Positions 1-9,257 of a stretch of 64,000 bases of DNA are shown piece by piece. Origin of the DNA: a virus; the IMG/VR virus record IMGVR_UViG_3300003321_000691, positions 43,905 to 107,904 of that record; one strand, 5' to 3'. The notes beneath the pieces were generated by a model. The model made no database searches and was not told the origin of the DNA. It was given only the letters and a program-made list of their open reading frames with translations. Within the stretch, counting starts at the first letter, position 1, and each line of letters starts with the position of its first letter. A program made the position numbers and the translations under genes.

Positions 1-116
1 GGTCTTGCGCCGGCCGTTGTTGAAGCACTCGACGCAAATCTTACGCTTGCCGCCACGGCCGTCGCTTCCGTAGGCCTGCTCGGGGAGGTCCCGGCCACAC
101 GGGCCTGTGCACCGAC

Positions 117-866
117 TCACGAGGCGCTGGGTGCGCGGCCGAACCGGGCAAGGAGACGCTGCCACCAGCTGAGGCGCAGGTAGCGGGTACGACGGCGCAT
201 GTTGCGCGAGAGCCCGAGCTTGGCGACGTGGGCGCGGTAGCCACGCATCTCGCCGACCTGCGTCCAACCCTGCTTCGGGTCGAACTTCTGGGCGTAGCCA
301 CCGGGACGGACCTCGTTCGGGCGCTTGGACAGATTGCACTGGTCGTACTGGACGCCAGCGGTATCCTGCGGCGGCTCGAAGGCCTCGGGGTAGTTGAAGT
401 TGGACAGCGGAACGTCGTCGATGTAGTAGGTGTCGGCCTCGACCCGGTCCGCAATCTCGCGGTCCCAGAACGAGCCGTCCGCCATCTCGACGGCCAGGCG
501 CAGTCGCGGGTCACCGACAACCTCGCAGACCTCATGGCTCGCGATGGACGTCCACGGGTCGCCGTAGAGTGTCGCGAGGTCGAGGAACACGTAGATCACG
601 GGCGTGCCATCTGGCAGCGCGTCGTGGAAGCCGAGCGCACCTTGCTGGTCCTTGGGCGCCACGCCGATGAGCCGGATCTGCACTTCGCCGGCTTGGGGGG
701 GTGCCTCGGGCGTGGCGGCGCGGACGGCCATGGCGGTGTCACCCTGCCAAGCTGGCGCGATATGCTCGCGAAGCTGGCGTTGCTGAGCCGCGGCGTAGGC
801 CTGGCGGTCCGCAAGCGGTACCTTGGCGTCCACGTCCACGACCACGAAATCGAAACGATGAATCAT
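117..866 (-). CDS. hypothetical protein with HExxE metallopeptidase-like motif, distal to the lysis-like cassette
   Basis: 249-aa ORF; motifs GALGFHD and SHEVCEVVGDP; start overlaps the upstream stop. Confidence 0.6.
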   Translation of the reverse strand: MIHRFDFVVVDVDAKVPLADRQAYAAAQQRQLREHIAPAWQGDTAMAVRAATPEAPPQAGEVQIRLIGVAPKDQQGALGFHDALPDGTPVIYVFLDLATLYGDPWTSIASHEVCEVVGDPRLRLAVEMADGSFWDREIADRVEADTYYIDDVPLSNFNYPEAFEPPQDTAGVQYDQCNLSKRPNEVRPGGYAQKFDPKQGWTQVGEMRGYRAHVAKLGLSRNMRRRTRYLRLSWWQRLLARFGRAPSAS

Positions 867-1222
867 CCCAGCCTCACGACAGCGTCTGCGGCGTCAAACT
901 CTCCGAGCTTGTCCGCGGCATTGTAGGGTGGCTCGTCGGCCACCTCGGTAGTGTTCACGGTCTTCTTCTTGCCGGGCCGTTTGCCAGGCGCAGCGGCGAG
1001 CTGCGCCTTCATCTCGGTGATGCTAGTGGCGGGCTTGAATGCCGGCGCCACCTGTGTTGTCGATCCGGACTCCACGGTGGGGTCCTGGATAACCGGGTAC
1101 GTCGGCGGCGTCCGTGCCCCTTCGCACCTTGTGATGATGCGATCGATGAGGCGCGGATCGACTTCACGACCCGCCAGACCTTCGAGGATACCGGCCAGCC
1201 AGGCGCGGTCCTCGGGGCTCAC
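863..1222 (-). CDS. hypothetical protein
   Basis: 3' part of the 863..2305 frame; GTG at 1222 overlaps the stop of the lipoprotein gene. Confidence 0.5.
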   Translation of the reverse strand: MSPEDRAWLAGILEGLAGREVDPRLIDRIITRCEGARTPPTYPVIQDPTVESGSTTQVAPAFKPATSITEMKAQLAAAPGKRPGKKKTVNTTEVADEPPYNAADKLGEFDAADAVVRLG

Positions 1223-1590
1223 TTGAACGACCAGCCCTTGGCCTGGATGACCTGGCGCGCAGCGGCCGTGACCGGGTCCTCTTCGCCCGTGCTGGCCGAG
1301 CCAGAGCCAGCGTTCGGCGCGATGTTGTGCAGGACGCACGCGACGAACGGCTCGCCGTACTGCGCGAACAGCGACGCCACCGTCGTGTCGAGGGTGTGGT
1401 TCATCACGGCCATTGCGAACTGTCCCGCAATACTGATGGCGAGAGTCAGGACGTCCGTGCCTTGGAGGGCGATGGACTTCTCGGCCTCGGCGCACTTGAT
1501 GGTGTTGTCGATGACCGTCTTGGTCTCGGACTTGAACCACGAGCAAGCGCAGGTGGTCGCGATGAGAGTGACAGCGATGAGTTTCTTCAC
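1219..1590 (-). CDS. putative lipoprotein (o-spanin-like position)
   Basis: N-terminus VKKLIAVTLIATTCAC is a signal peptide with lipobox-like Cys; follows a multi-TM gene. Confidence 0.55.
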   Translation of the reverse strand: MKKLIAVTLIATTCACSWFKSETKTVIDNTIKCAEAEKSIALQGTDVLTLAISIAGQFAMAVMNHTLDTTVASLFAQYGEPFVACVLHNIAPNAGSGSASTGEEDPVTAAARQVIQAKGWSFK

Positions 1591-1670
1591 AAGTACCTCG
1601 GGAAAGATAGTGGGCCGCGCGTCCAACCCGGAGGAAGTGCGATGGACAGACCAGACGCGCGGCCCTTGTG

Positions 1671-2198
1671 CTAGTTACCAGCGTCCGAGGGCGCCGGGGT
1701 ATTCCCGTCGGTGACCGAGACTTGGACGTCGGAGGCGTGCTCGAACAGCCAGAGGACCACGCCCCGAATGGATTCGGGGAGGTACGGGGCGAGTGGCTCG
1801 ATGATAACCTTCTTGACCGCCGTGTAGCCGCCGGCCGCACCAAAGGCGACGACCAGGGCCGACCAGGCTGCGTGCGCCGTCGCCGGGCCGCCGCCAGCCA
1901 GTGAGGCAGCGAGTGCCGTGCCGAACGAGCCGGCCAGGACGAGCAGCGTGGAGCCGATGTCGGTGTGCAGAAACCTCCAGCGGCCACCCAGATACTTACG
2001 CACGAGGGCCACAACGATGACGAGGCTGAGCGCCGCGGCGTAGGCCTTGTGACCATTCGCGAAGGCGTCGTAGACGGCCTTGGCGACGTCGGTAGAACCG
2101 TCCTGCGGGTCGACCAGGTTCCCGGCCCGGGCCAGACCCGAGAACGAGAGCATAGCAGCCGCGGCAGCGATGAGTGTGGTGTACAGGTTCTTGAGCAT
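1671..2198 (-). CDS. multi-pass membrane protein, holin-like
   Basis: MLKNLY start; signal-like N-terminus plus about 3 hydrophobic segments; directly after the fibre gene. Confidence 0.55.
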   Translation of the reverse strand: MLKNLYTTLIAAAAAMLSFSGLARAGNLVDPQDGSTDVAKAVYDAFANGHKAYAAALSLVIVVALVRKYLGGRWRFLHTDIGSTLLVLAGSFGTALAASLAGGGPATAHAAWSALVVAFGAAGGYTAVKKVIIEPLAPYLPESIRGVVLWLFEHASDVQVSVTDGNTPAPSDAGN

Positions 2199-2348
2199 TT
2201 CAGCCTCCAGTGCAAGCAGACGCAACCGCTGAGCACAGGGCGCGGTAATCCGGCGGAAGGAAGTGGCAGATGATTGCCAGGATACCACCCACCAGCGCCG
2301 CCCACTTTGCGATCTTGGCCGCGCGGGCCTTCTCTTCAGGGGTCATCT

Positions 2349-3872
2349 TCACAGGTTGTCACCGGATGCGAGGTGGTTCCAGCAGCGGCGAACGCGACCG
2401 ACCATGTAGTTGTAGGCCCCCGCGCCACCCGCGCCTGCCGTGCTCGTACTGGCCCGGAACAGCGCGGCGATGCCGTCACCGAGCGGGAGGACGTCCGAGC
2501 TGTCGGTCAGCGTCGCGGCCAAAGTGCCGTTGATGTAGAGCTTGGCCTGCGTGTGTCCGGCCGAGTTGCGATTGGTACCGCACAGCTCTAGGCGCATGCG
2601 ATAGACCGTGTTCGCGGACACGGTGACAGACGTGTTCACCGTCGTGATGCCGGCGTTGTGCAACATACGCAGGACCCACTTGCCGCTGTTGGTGCCCGGG
2701 TCGAAGTGCGCGTACACGCGGTTCGTGCCGGTGAGCCAACGAAGGCCAAGGTCGAACACCGCAGCGTTCGCAACGTCCGTGATGGTACCGGTCGCCACCG
2801 CGAACTCCATCACAAAGTCGGTGTCAGCGTCGAAGCCGGTGTCGTACGTCGACGTAAGCATCGTCTCGCCGTCGCCAACCCCAGAGACACCGTTCGTGAC
2901 GATGTTGACGACGCGCTGGTTGAGGAGCGTGTTATTCCAGCCCTGTCCGGCGCCGTAAGCGTCGATGAACTGTACCGAGTCGAGGTTGTACCAGGCTAGC
3001 GACGCCGACTGTTCGGTCGAGATGCCGGTCCACGACCAGCCGCGAGGGAGGTCGTAGTAGGTCACCTGCACGGCGTGGATACCAATCGGGTTCGTGTTGC
3101 TACCTCCACCCGCGAGCTGAATCGCCAGCGTCTCGCCGGTCTTCACGACCTTGGGGCCGTGGCCGCCTGTTGGCGACGCGTAGATGTCGAAGCTGCTGGA
3201 TGCGGTCGCCGCGAGTGATACGGTTTTGGTCACGACCGAGGTCGTGAGCCCGCCAGAGGTCGGATCACCCTTGTAGAGGGTGGCCAGAAGACTCTGCGTG
3301 CCGAAGGCGTTTTTCCAGTAGACGGTGATGCTGGAGATGATCGCGCCGACGGGGATTTCTGAGAGTGGGAGGTAGAGCGTGTCGTTGGCCGACAGGATCC
3401 AGTCACCGGCGTAGTTCGTGTCTGTCTGGAGAAATTTGCTCGTACCACCCCCACCACCACCCGGCGCACCGATTGGGGTCAGCAGTAGAGTCGTGGGGGT
3501 CGCGTAGCGCCAGTTCTCGTCGATCTCGGACACTTGGCCCATGCGGTAGCCGTTGTGGTCGACGACACTGCGGACATTCTGCCCGTAGTCGCGGAACGTC
3601 GACAGTGGGATGACGTTGCTCTCCGCGGTCGCGCCCAGGTCCGTGTTACCGACCGCCAGTCCACCGCTGGTGAAATAGTACGACAGGAACAATAGCCACA
3701 GATAGGTCCAGTACTGCCACCAGTTCTGCCAGGCCGAAGGGGGGACCTGGCCGGTGGTCCAGCCGGTGTCTTGTTGTCCTGATGACGGCGTCGAGATGTT
3801 GGTGGCAGGGGTGCCGCCCGCGGTGACGGCCCAGCGTGGTGGGGCGGAGGATGGCTTGGCGTTATTCGGCAC
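2349..3872 (-). CDS. tail fibre / receptor-binding protein
   Basis: N-terminal PSSGQQDTGW..PPSAWQNWW fibre-anchor-like motif; beta-rich C-terminus; follows baseplate genes. Confidence 0.7.
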   Translation of the reverse strand: MPNNAKPSSAPPRWAVTAGGTPATNISTPSSGQQDTGWTTGQVPPSAWQNWWQYWTYLWLLFLSYYFTSGGLAVGNTDLGATAESNVIPLSTFRDYGQNVRSVVDHNGYRMGQVSEIDENWRYATPTTLLLTPIGAPGGGGGGTSKFLQTDTNYAGDWILSANDTLYLPLSEIPVGAIISSITVYWKNAFGTQSLLATLYKGDPTSGGLTTSVVTKTVSLAATASSSFDIYASPTGGHGPKVVKTGETLAIQLAGGGSNTNPIGIHAVQVTYYDLPRGWSWTGISTEQSASLAWYNLDSVQFIDAYGAGQGWNNTLLNQRVVNIVTNGVSGVGDGETMLTSTYDTGFDADTDFVMEFAVATGTITDVANAAVFDLGLRWLTGTNRVYAHFDPGTNSGKWVLRMLHNAGITTVNTSVTVSANTVYRMRLELCGTNRNSAGHTQAKLYINGTLAATLTDSSDVLPLGDGIAALFRASTSTAGAGGAGAYNYMVGRVRRCWNHLASGDNL

Positions 3873-3895
3873 GGCTCTTGCTAGGTTACCACAGG

Positions 3896-4396
3896 TTAGA
3901 TAACGCCCGCGTAGGCGCCGTTATCATAGGCCTGGGCGCCCGTACCGTCGTAAGTGAACGTGACGGCTGGGGCGACGACGGAGTACACCACGTAGAGCTT
4001 CACGCCGGCCGCCTTGGCGTCCATGAGGAAGCTGTGGACGATCGTTGCCAAGGCGGTCGTTACCGAGATGCCCAGGACCTCTACGACCGCGGTGGCGATG
4101 GTCTGCGTGGCCACATTGATCACCGCGCTCAGGTCATTCAAGATCAGCTGCACGATCGTAATGAACTCCTCGGTCTTGCCGGTGGAGTTGTCGGTCGCGA
4201 TGCGGGCCCGGATGTAGCGGCGATAGGTGTCGTCGTCGAGACCCTGCCGCGTCTGCCCCACGAGCTTGCCGATGAGGTCGAGCTGGGCTCCGATAGCGTT
4301 ATCGACGGTGCGCTGGAGGAGCAGCTGCTGGAGAGCGTCTTCAACCTCTTGCGCTGGTCCCGCGAGAACAGCGACAAGCTTTTGGATATTGGTCAT
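3896..4396 (-). CDS. baseplate wedge protein (DUF2612-like)
   Basis: AIGAQLDLIGKLVGQTR..DDDTYRRYIRARIA motif; downstream of baseplate J. Confidence 0.75.
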   Translation of the reverse strand: MTNIQKLVAVLAGPAQEVEDALQQLLLQRTVDNAIGAQLDLIGKLVGQTRQGLDDDTYRRYIRARIATDNSTGKTEEFITIVQLILNDLSAVINVATQTIATAVVEVLGISVTTALATIVHSFLMDAKAAGVKLYVVYSVVAPAVTFTYDGTGAQAYDNGAYAGVI

Positions 4397-4446
4397 CTAG
4401 CGAACCAGGAGCGTGGCCAGAAAGACCAGGGTGATGATGAGCTTCT

Positions 4447-5790
4447 TCATGGCGTGTCTGCCGAGGAGTTGATGGTGATGCGGGACGTATCGAATACGGC
4501 CACGCTCCGGTTACCGACAGGGATGGTCGCGCCAGACGCCGGGCTAGGTGCCGTGCCGATGTAGAGGGGCTCTACGTCGAGGATGCCGGGGACGGTGTAC
4601 ACGGCCGCGTTGAGTCGGGATGCCCGGACGTCGAGCGCGATTGGGTACACCAGCGTGGCGATGGCGAGCTTGACTTCGTTGTCGCCGTCGAGCGGGTAGG
4701 CCGAGGCGTCGTAGGTCAAGGTCACTGAGACGTAGACTAGGATCTGCGTCGGACGAGTGAACGAAATGGTGTGGACGACGCCTTGTGAGTCCGTGACCGA
4801 GACTGTGGTCGTCCCGTGCGTGACGATGCCGGCCGCAATTTGGCTGAACAGTGCTGCGGCGATGTCCGCATCGGCGCCACCCTGCACGATACACTCGATC
4901 GCGTGTGGCGGGACGCCGTTCGCGTCGGTGACGTCGGAGTCGTTCTCGTAGACGGTGCACGTAGTGACTCCCGAGACTTTGAGGACCGCCGCCTCGATCG
5001 CGGGACCGGTGCTTCCGCCTTCGCCGCCCAGTTCTTGCTCGCGCAGGATGCGCAACTGCTGGTCGGTGTACGTGTTGGCGCCTTCGACAGCGTCGAGGAG
5101 GTTGATCGCGCCGAGTAGTCCAGCGACCGGGGCGACGTTCACGTTCGTGAGGTCGCGCGCCGCCACGAACACCGGCCCGCTCACCACCGCCAGCATGACC
5201 GCGTCCACGGCGCCGTCGCCGATGCCGAGGAAGGTCCAAGTCACGCTGCCGTCGCCGATGGTGACGCCAGTGCCGGTCGGGCCGCCCGAGCCGGCGCTCG
5301 TGCCTCCGATCGTGCACTGGTAGATCTTGCTGTTATTTTTGACGCGGTCGCCCGGAGCATAGAGCGTTGTCGGTAGCCACGCGTTGACCGCCGCGATCGT
5401 TGTGTCGATCTGGGTAGCGAACTGCACGGCCGTGCTGGCCGCCGCGACGATAGTGCCGTGCGTGATCGACGAGCCTGGTGTGCCCGTCAGGGCCGCAGTC
5501 ACCGTCGAGAAGGTGGCCAGCGGCCGGAGGGTGCCAGTGAGCTTGCAGAGCGCGTCGAGGGCCTGGCCCGTAGCGGCGTCGACGTCCTGCGAGCTGTACA
5601 CGGCTTGGGCGAGCGCCCACAGCTCCGCGTAACGCTCGGCCATGATGCCGTCGATCTGGCCAAGGACCGTCTTGTCCCCCAGCACCAGGGAGGCACCGAA
5701 CGCCGACCGCATAGCGGCGTCGAGGTCAGCCCGAACCACAGAGAGGGACTTCGGGACGAAGCCGGCGCTAGTTAGGCCATACGTTAGCAT
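4447..5790 (-). CDS. baseplate J-like protein with inserted carbohydrate-binding-like (CBM5/12-type) module
   Basis: YGLTSAGF start, ATGQALD, GVPPHAIECIVQGG; insert AWLPTTLYAPGDRVKNNSKIYQC. Confidence 0.85.
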   Translation of the reverse strand: MLTYGLTSAGFVPKSLSVVRADLDAAMRSAFGASLVLGDKTVLGQIDGIMAERYAELWALAQAVYSSQDVDAATGQALDALCKLTGTLRPLATFSTVTAALTGTPGSSITHGTIVAAASTAVQFATQIDTTIAAVNAWLPTTLYAPGDRVKNNSKIYQCTIGGTSAGSGGPTGTGVTIGDGSVTWTFLGIGDGAVDAVMLAVVSGPVFVAARDLTNVNVAPVAGLLGAINLLDAVEGANTYTDQQLRILREQELGGEGGSTGPAIEAAVLKVSGVTTCTVYENDSDVTDANGVPPHAIECIVQGGADADIAAALFSQIAAGIVTHGTTTVSVTDSQGVVHTISFTRPTQILVYVSVTLTYDASAYPLDGDNEVKLAIATLVYPIALDVRASRLNAAVYTVPGILDVEPLYIGTAPSPASGATIPVGNRSVAVFDTSRITINSSADTP

Positions 5791-5891
5791 TATCGTTCAC
5801 CTTTTTCTCGGTAGGGGCGAAGCTCGTCACGGTTGCGCTTCCTGTACTCGCGCTGATACGCGGCCAACTCCTCCTTGGTTTTGGCCATTGG

Positions 5892-6302
5892 CTAGATCTC
5901 CCTCGTCAGGCTATCGGCGACGGTGTCGCCGAATACGGTCGTGACGTTCCAGGTCACGGTCATGAGCCGTGTCGCGTTGTCGTAGGTCGCCGAGACCGAG
6001 TTGATGGTCCCGACGCCCGGGACGTCCGCGATGGCGCTGCGGATGGCCGCTTCGGACTTGACCTGGTTGAAGACTTCGCCAAGCAGCGCGTCGTCCGCGG
6101 ACACGCCCTCGCGCTCGAACCAGGGCGTACCGGCGTCGAGGTCGAGGAACCACTCGCCGCGGACCAAGAGGATGGCCTCGCGGATGAGCTGGGCGACGCC
6201 GACCACTCCGGTGGCGAGCTGTAGGTCGCCGTTCTCGAACACGAGGTCACCCGTGTTATCGAGCAGGAGGTCGACGGGGTCGGTGGAGAGTAGCGACGCC
6301 AT
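5892..6302 (-). CDS. baseplate wedge / sheath-initiator protein (gp25/gp46-like)
   Basis: MASLL start at 6302; GEWFLDLDAGTPW and TTVFG motifs. Confidence 0.75.
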   Translation of the reverse strand: MASLLSTDPVDLLLDNTGDLVFENGDLQLATGVVGVAQLIREAILLVRGEWFLDLDAGTPWFEREGVSADDALLGEVFNQVKSEAAIRSAIADVPGVGTINSVSATYDNATRLMTVTWNVTTVFGDTVADSLTREI

Positions 6303-6991
6303 TACTCCGCCTTCGTCTTCTCGGTCCCGGCATCCCAGCCAGTGCCAGTAATCGGGTCGATTCCGAGCGCGGTTTGGAGTGCCGTTAGTGCGTGGATGGC
6401 TGGAGGATCGGGGGTAGGTGTCGTGCACGCGGCAATCGCGGCTTTGATGGCCAGCCCGAAAAAATCGAGCGCGGTCTGGACGACAACCGCCGCGCTCGCG
6501 TTTTTGCTGCCGAGACGTAGCCCGTCCGGCGCAGTCAAAACCATCGCGTTGTCTGGCGGGTTGTCGATGGGCGCCGTGCGCGGGCGCAGGCCAGGGATAG
6601 CAATGCCGTCGCATAGCGAGTGCATGCGCTGGTCGTCCAGCTCGATGTCCTGGTGACCGCCCGCGTTCCACTGGTGCATCGACCGCTCGGCAAAGACCAC
6701 GAGCACGACGTCCCCGGTCTTGAGTGGCCAGGTGATGGAGTAGTCGCCGGCCCCAGGGAACATGACCGGCACTGAGACCAGCGGCGCCGGGCGCTCGGTC
6801 TGCGTCGCGCCGCCCTCTACGGTGTAGCTGCGACGGGCGATGAGCTGGACCGAGCAGCTCTGACTCGCCGCGTCATAAGACGTGATGTAGCCCCACTGGC
6901 ACGTGTGTAGGTCTTCCAGGCGATCCTCGATCGCGCCCTGGATGACCTCGGCCAGTGTAGGGGTTTGAAGTTCCTGGGGGTCGTCCGCCAC
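6302..6991 (-). CDS. baseplate spike protein (Gp138-like N-terminal OB domain)
   Basis: VPVMFP..ITWPLKTGD.VLVVFAERS..RMHSLCDGIAIPG. Confidence 0.8.
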   Translation of the reverse strand: MADDPQELQTPTLAEVIQGAIEDRLEDLHTCQWGYITSYDAASQSCSVQLIARRSYTVEGGATQTERPAPLVSVPVMFPGAGDYSITWPLKTGDVVLVVFAERSMHQWNAGGHQDIELDDQRMHSLCDGIAIPGLRPRTAPIDNPPDNAMVLTAPDGLRLGSKNASAAVVVQTALDFFGLAIKAAIAACTTPTPDPPAIHALTALQTALGIDPITGTGWDAGTEKTKAE

Positions 6992-7017
6992 CCCCGAAGT
7001 TTGGCACAGTTTTTGCG

Positions 7018-7980
7018 TTACGTGGCTGGCTGGACCTGCGCCGGGACGGCCTCAACCTCCGAGAACCAGTCCGTGCCCCAGGTGTCGCCTTTGTGGATGA
7101 CCTTCTGGATGCGGAAAAACTGGCCGGCAATAGCGCGCGACGTGACTTGTACGAGGTTCCCCGGCCGGAGCTGCGGGTAGAGCAGCATCTTGAACTTCAG
7201 CTCTGGCGACTTGCCGCCGCGGGTTGGGTTCGTGTACTCTGGCGTGCCAATGAGGCCGGTGTCCTGGCTAACTACGACTGCCTCGCCCGGCCCGACGTCG
7301 CCGTCCCGAAGGAGTTGGAGCTTCCCGTCCTGGATGGACCACAGGACCCCGAAAGGGGCCAAGATACGAGTCAGCTCGTTGCGGGACGCGCCCTGCGCAG
7401 CGTACCCGCCGTTGAACTGGACCTGGAGGCCACCCAGCCGGTTGACGTCTGTAGCGCTAAGGGACAGACCCATGCTGCGGGTGATGTCCTGGACGGCCTT
7501 GAGCACCGTCGTCCCCGGACCGTAGGTCCGATTGATGCGGGCAAGGCGCTGGGCGCGATCCCCGTCGCCGAGCTGGAACACCGTCTCCCACTGCGGCTTC
7601 GCCAGCCGGGAGTATCCGCGGCGCACGTCCCCGAGAAACAGCGTGCGCAGTTCCTTCTGGTAGCCGGCGTCGAGGCGGATGGTCAACGGCTTTTTCGTGC
7701 ACAGGGCGCGAGTACGCTCCGCCAGGTTGTCGATGATCACCTCGGCCTTGTTCGGCGTGCTAGTCACCGACTTCTCGATGGAGAAGCGAACACGCATGCC
7801 GGTGATCTCGATCGCGTTCTCCGGCCCGGGCGCGCCCTCGAAGAAAGCCTCGGGCAGCGGGCTGGGCGTGATGATCGTGACCTTGCATCCGCGGTTGGTC
7901 AGACGCGAGGCAACCTCGGGGGTCTGAGGCAGCTCGATGTTCTTGTCGATCGCCCCTTGGATGATGGATGTAACGGACAT
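7018..7980 (-). CDS. baseplate hub protein
   Basis: RFSIEKS..PNKAEVIIDNL, LDAGY, WSIQDG, TGLIGTP, HKGDT motifs. Confidence 0.8.
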   Translation of the reverse strand: MSVTSIIQGAIDKNIELPQTPEVASRLTNRGCKVTIITPSPLPEAFFEGAPGPENAIEITGMRVRFSIEKSVTSTPNKAEVIIDNLAERTRALCTKKPLTIRLDAGYQKELRTLFLGDVRRGYSRLAKPQWETVFQLGDGDRAQRLARINRTYGPGTTVLKAVQDITRSMGLSLSATDVNRLGGLQVQFNGGYAAQGASRNELTRILAPFGVLWSIQDGKLQLLRDGDVGPGEAVVVSQDTGLIGTPEYTNPTRGGKSPELKFKMLLYPQLRPGNLVQVTSRAIAGQFFRIQKVIHKGDTWGTDWFSEVEAVPAQVQPAT

Positions 7981-7982
7981 TG

Positions 7983-8357
7983 CTACGGAATCGGTCGTCC
8001 GGTCTGTTCGATGTAGGCCAGGCGCGCCAGCCACTCCGACGTTGGCAACCACTTCATGACGACGCGCGACCCGAGGTCATCGAAGCCGGCGTCCAGCCCC
8101 GCGCCTGACGTGTCATAGAGGCCGAGCACGCCGTTCGTGAACGGCTTCTGGCGCGCAGTACGCCCCAGGTACGCCCCAAGAACGATCTTTACCCCGGCGA
8201 TGATCGTGTTCTCGTCACCGTCGAGCATGTCGAAGTACCAGGCCGCATCCCGGTCGTTCCAGTACACGTGCATGAAGTAGTGGTCGCCCGCGATCGTGAC
8301 GCCCATGATGTAGTCGGCGATCGACGGTTGCAGCGGGATGGTGTGTACGTTGTCCAT
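7983..8357 (-). CDS. small baseplate (plug-like) protein
   Basis: WNDRDAAWYFD motif; conserved position between hub and Dit-like gene. Confidence 0.7.
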   Translation of the reverse strand: MDNVHTIPLQPSIADYIMGVTIAGDHYFMHVYWNDRDAAWYFDMLDGDENTIIAGVKIVLGAYLGRTARQKPFTNGVLGLYDTSGAGLDAGFDDLGSRVVMKWLPTSEWLARLAYIEQTGRPIP

Positions 8358-8360
8358 GGG

Positions 8361-9257
8361 TTAGTGGAAGATGCTGGTGAGGAGGTTGGTAGTCTGCTGA
8401 GCAGCGCGGAGGCCGATGCCGCCAGCGCTCTGGTCCTGAGCAAGCTTCTCCTGGAACTGCTGCTGGGCCGCGACGTTCGGGTCGAACTTCACATTGTACG
8501 GGATGTACGTGCGCTCACCTTTATCGTCGACGTTCACGAAGCCGTCCGGCACCGGCGTATGAGGCGCGTCCGCCAGGAAGCGGTAGTATCCGCCGCTGTG
8601 GAGTGCCGGACCAGGGGGTCCGGCAATCAGCAGTGCGAAACTGCCATTCTTGATGCGCGGGTCGTTCTCCTTGACCGAAAAGACCTTGTAGAAGCCAGGA
8701 TCAAGCACAGCAAGGCGCTCGCCCAGGTGCTTGGTGCCCTCGCCTCCCGGGGTCGCGACGCGGACCGTTGTGCGGTTGTTGGTGACGAAGATGAACTGCG
8801 TGAACTCGATCTTGAAGCGCAGCTGGTGAGGCTCTCCCGACTCGCGCGGGATGGACAGGTCGGACATGACCATGTCCTCGAACACGTCGAGCGACGTGCT
8901 CACGACGAGGGGCTCGCCGTCCTGCCGCATCTTCAGGAGCTTCTGGTAGATGACCCCCGACGGGATGGAGCCGTCCCGACGTGTGGTGTGGCCAGCCACC
9001 GCCCCGATCGGCGTATCGGAGACGATGCATTCCAGGCTGATCTTCATCGGCTTGGCGCGGACATGATCGGCGATGTCGGCCCCCTTCTCGACCGGATACG
9101 ACGTCACCTCCAGCGGGAACGTGTGGGTCTCGCCGGTCGTGATGTCGATTGGATAGCCGTCGATGAGGACGGTCTGCGCCTCCAGCTTCGAGACAGAGAT
9201 CGTCGCCGGCCGAGCCGACGAGTCGCGCAGGTCTTCGAGTACAGATACGACCGACAT
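8361..9257 (-). CDS. tail-tube initiator / Dit-like baseplate protein
   Basis: ETH..VTSYPVEKGADIADH motif; directly after the tape measure gene. Confidence 0.75.
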   Translation of the reverse strand: MSVVSVLEDLRDSSARPATISVSKLEAQTVLIDGYPIDITTGETHTFPLEVTSYPVEKGADIADHVRAKPMKISLECIVSDTPIGAVAGHTTRRDGSIPSGVIYQKLLKMRQDGEPLVVSTSLDVFEDMVMSDLSIPRESGEPHQLRFKIEFTQFIFVTNNRTTVRVATPGGEGTKHLGERLAVLDPGFYKVFSVKENDPRIKNGSFALLIAGPPGPALHSGGYYRFLADAPHTPVPDGFVNVDDKGERTYIPYNVKFDPNVAAQQQFQEKLAQDQSAGGIGLRAAQQTTNLLTSIFH

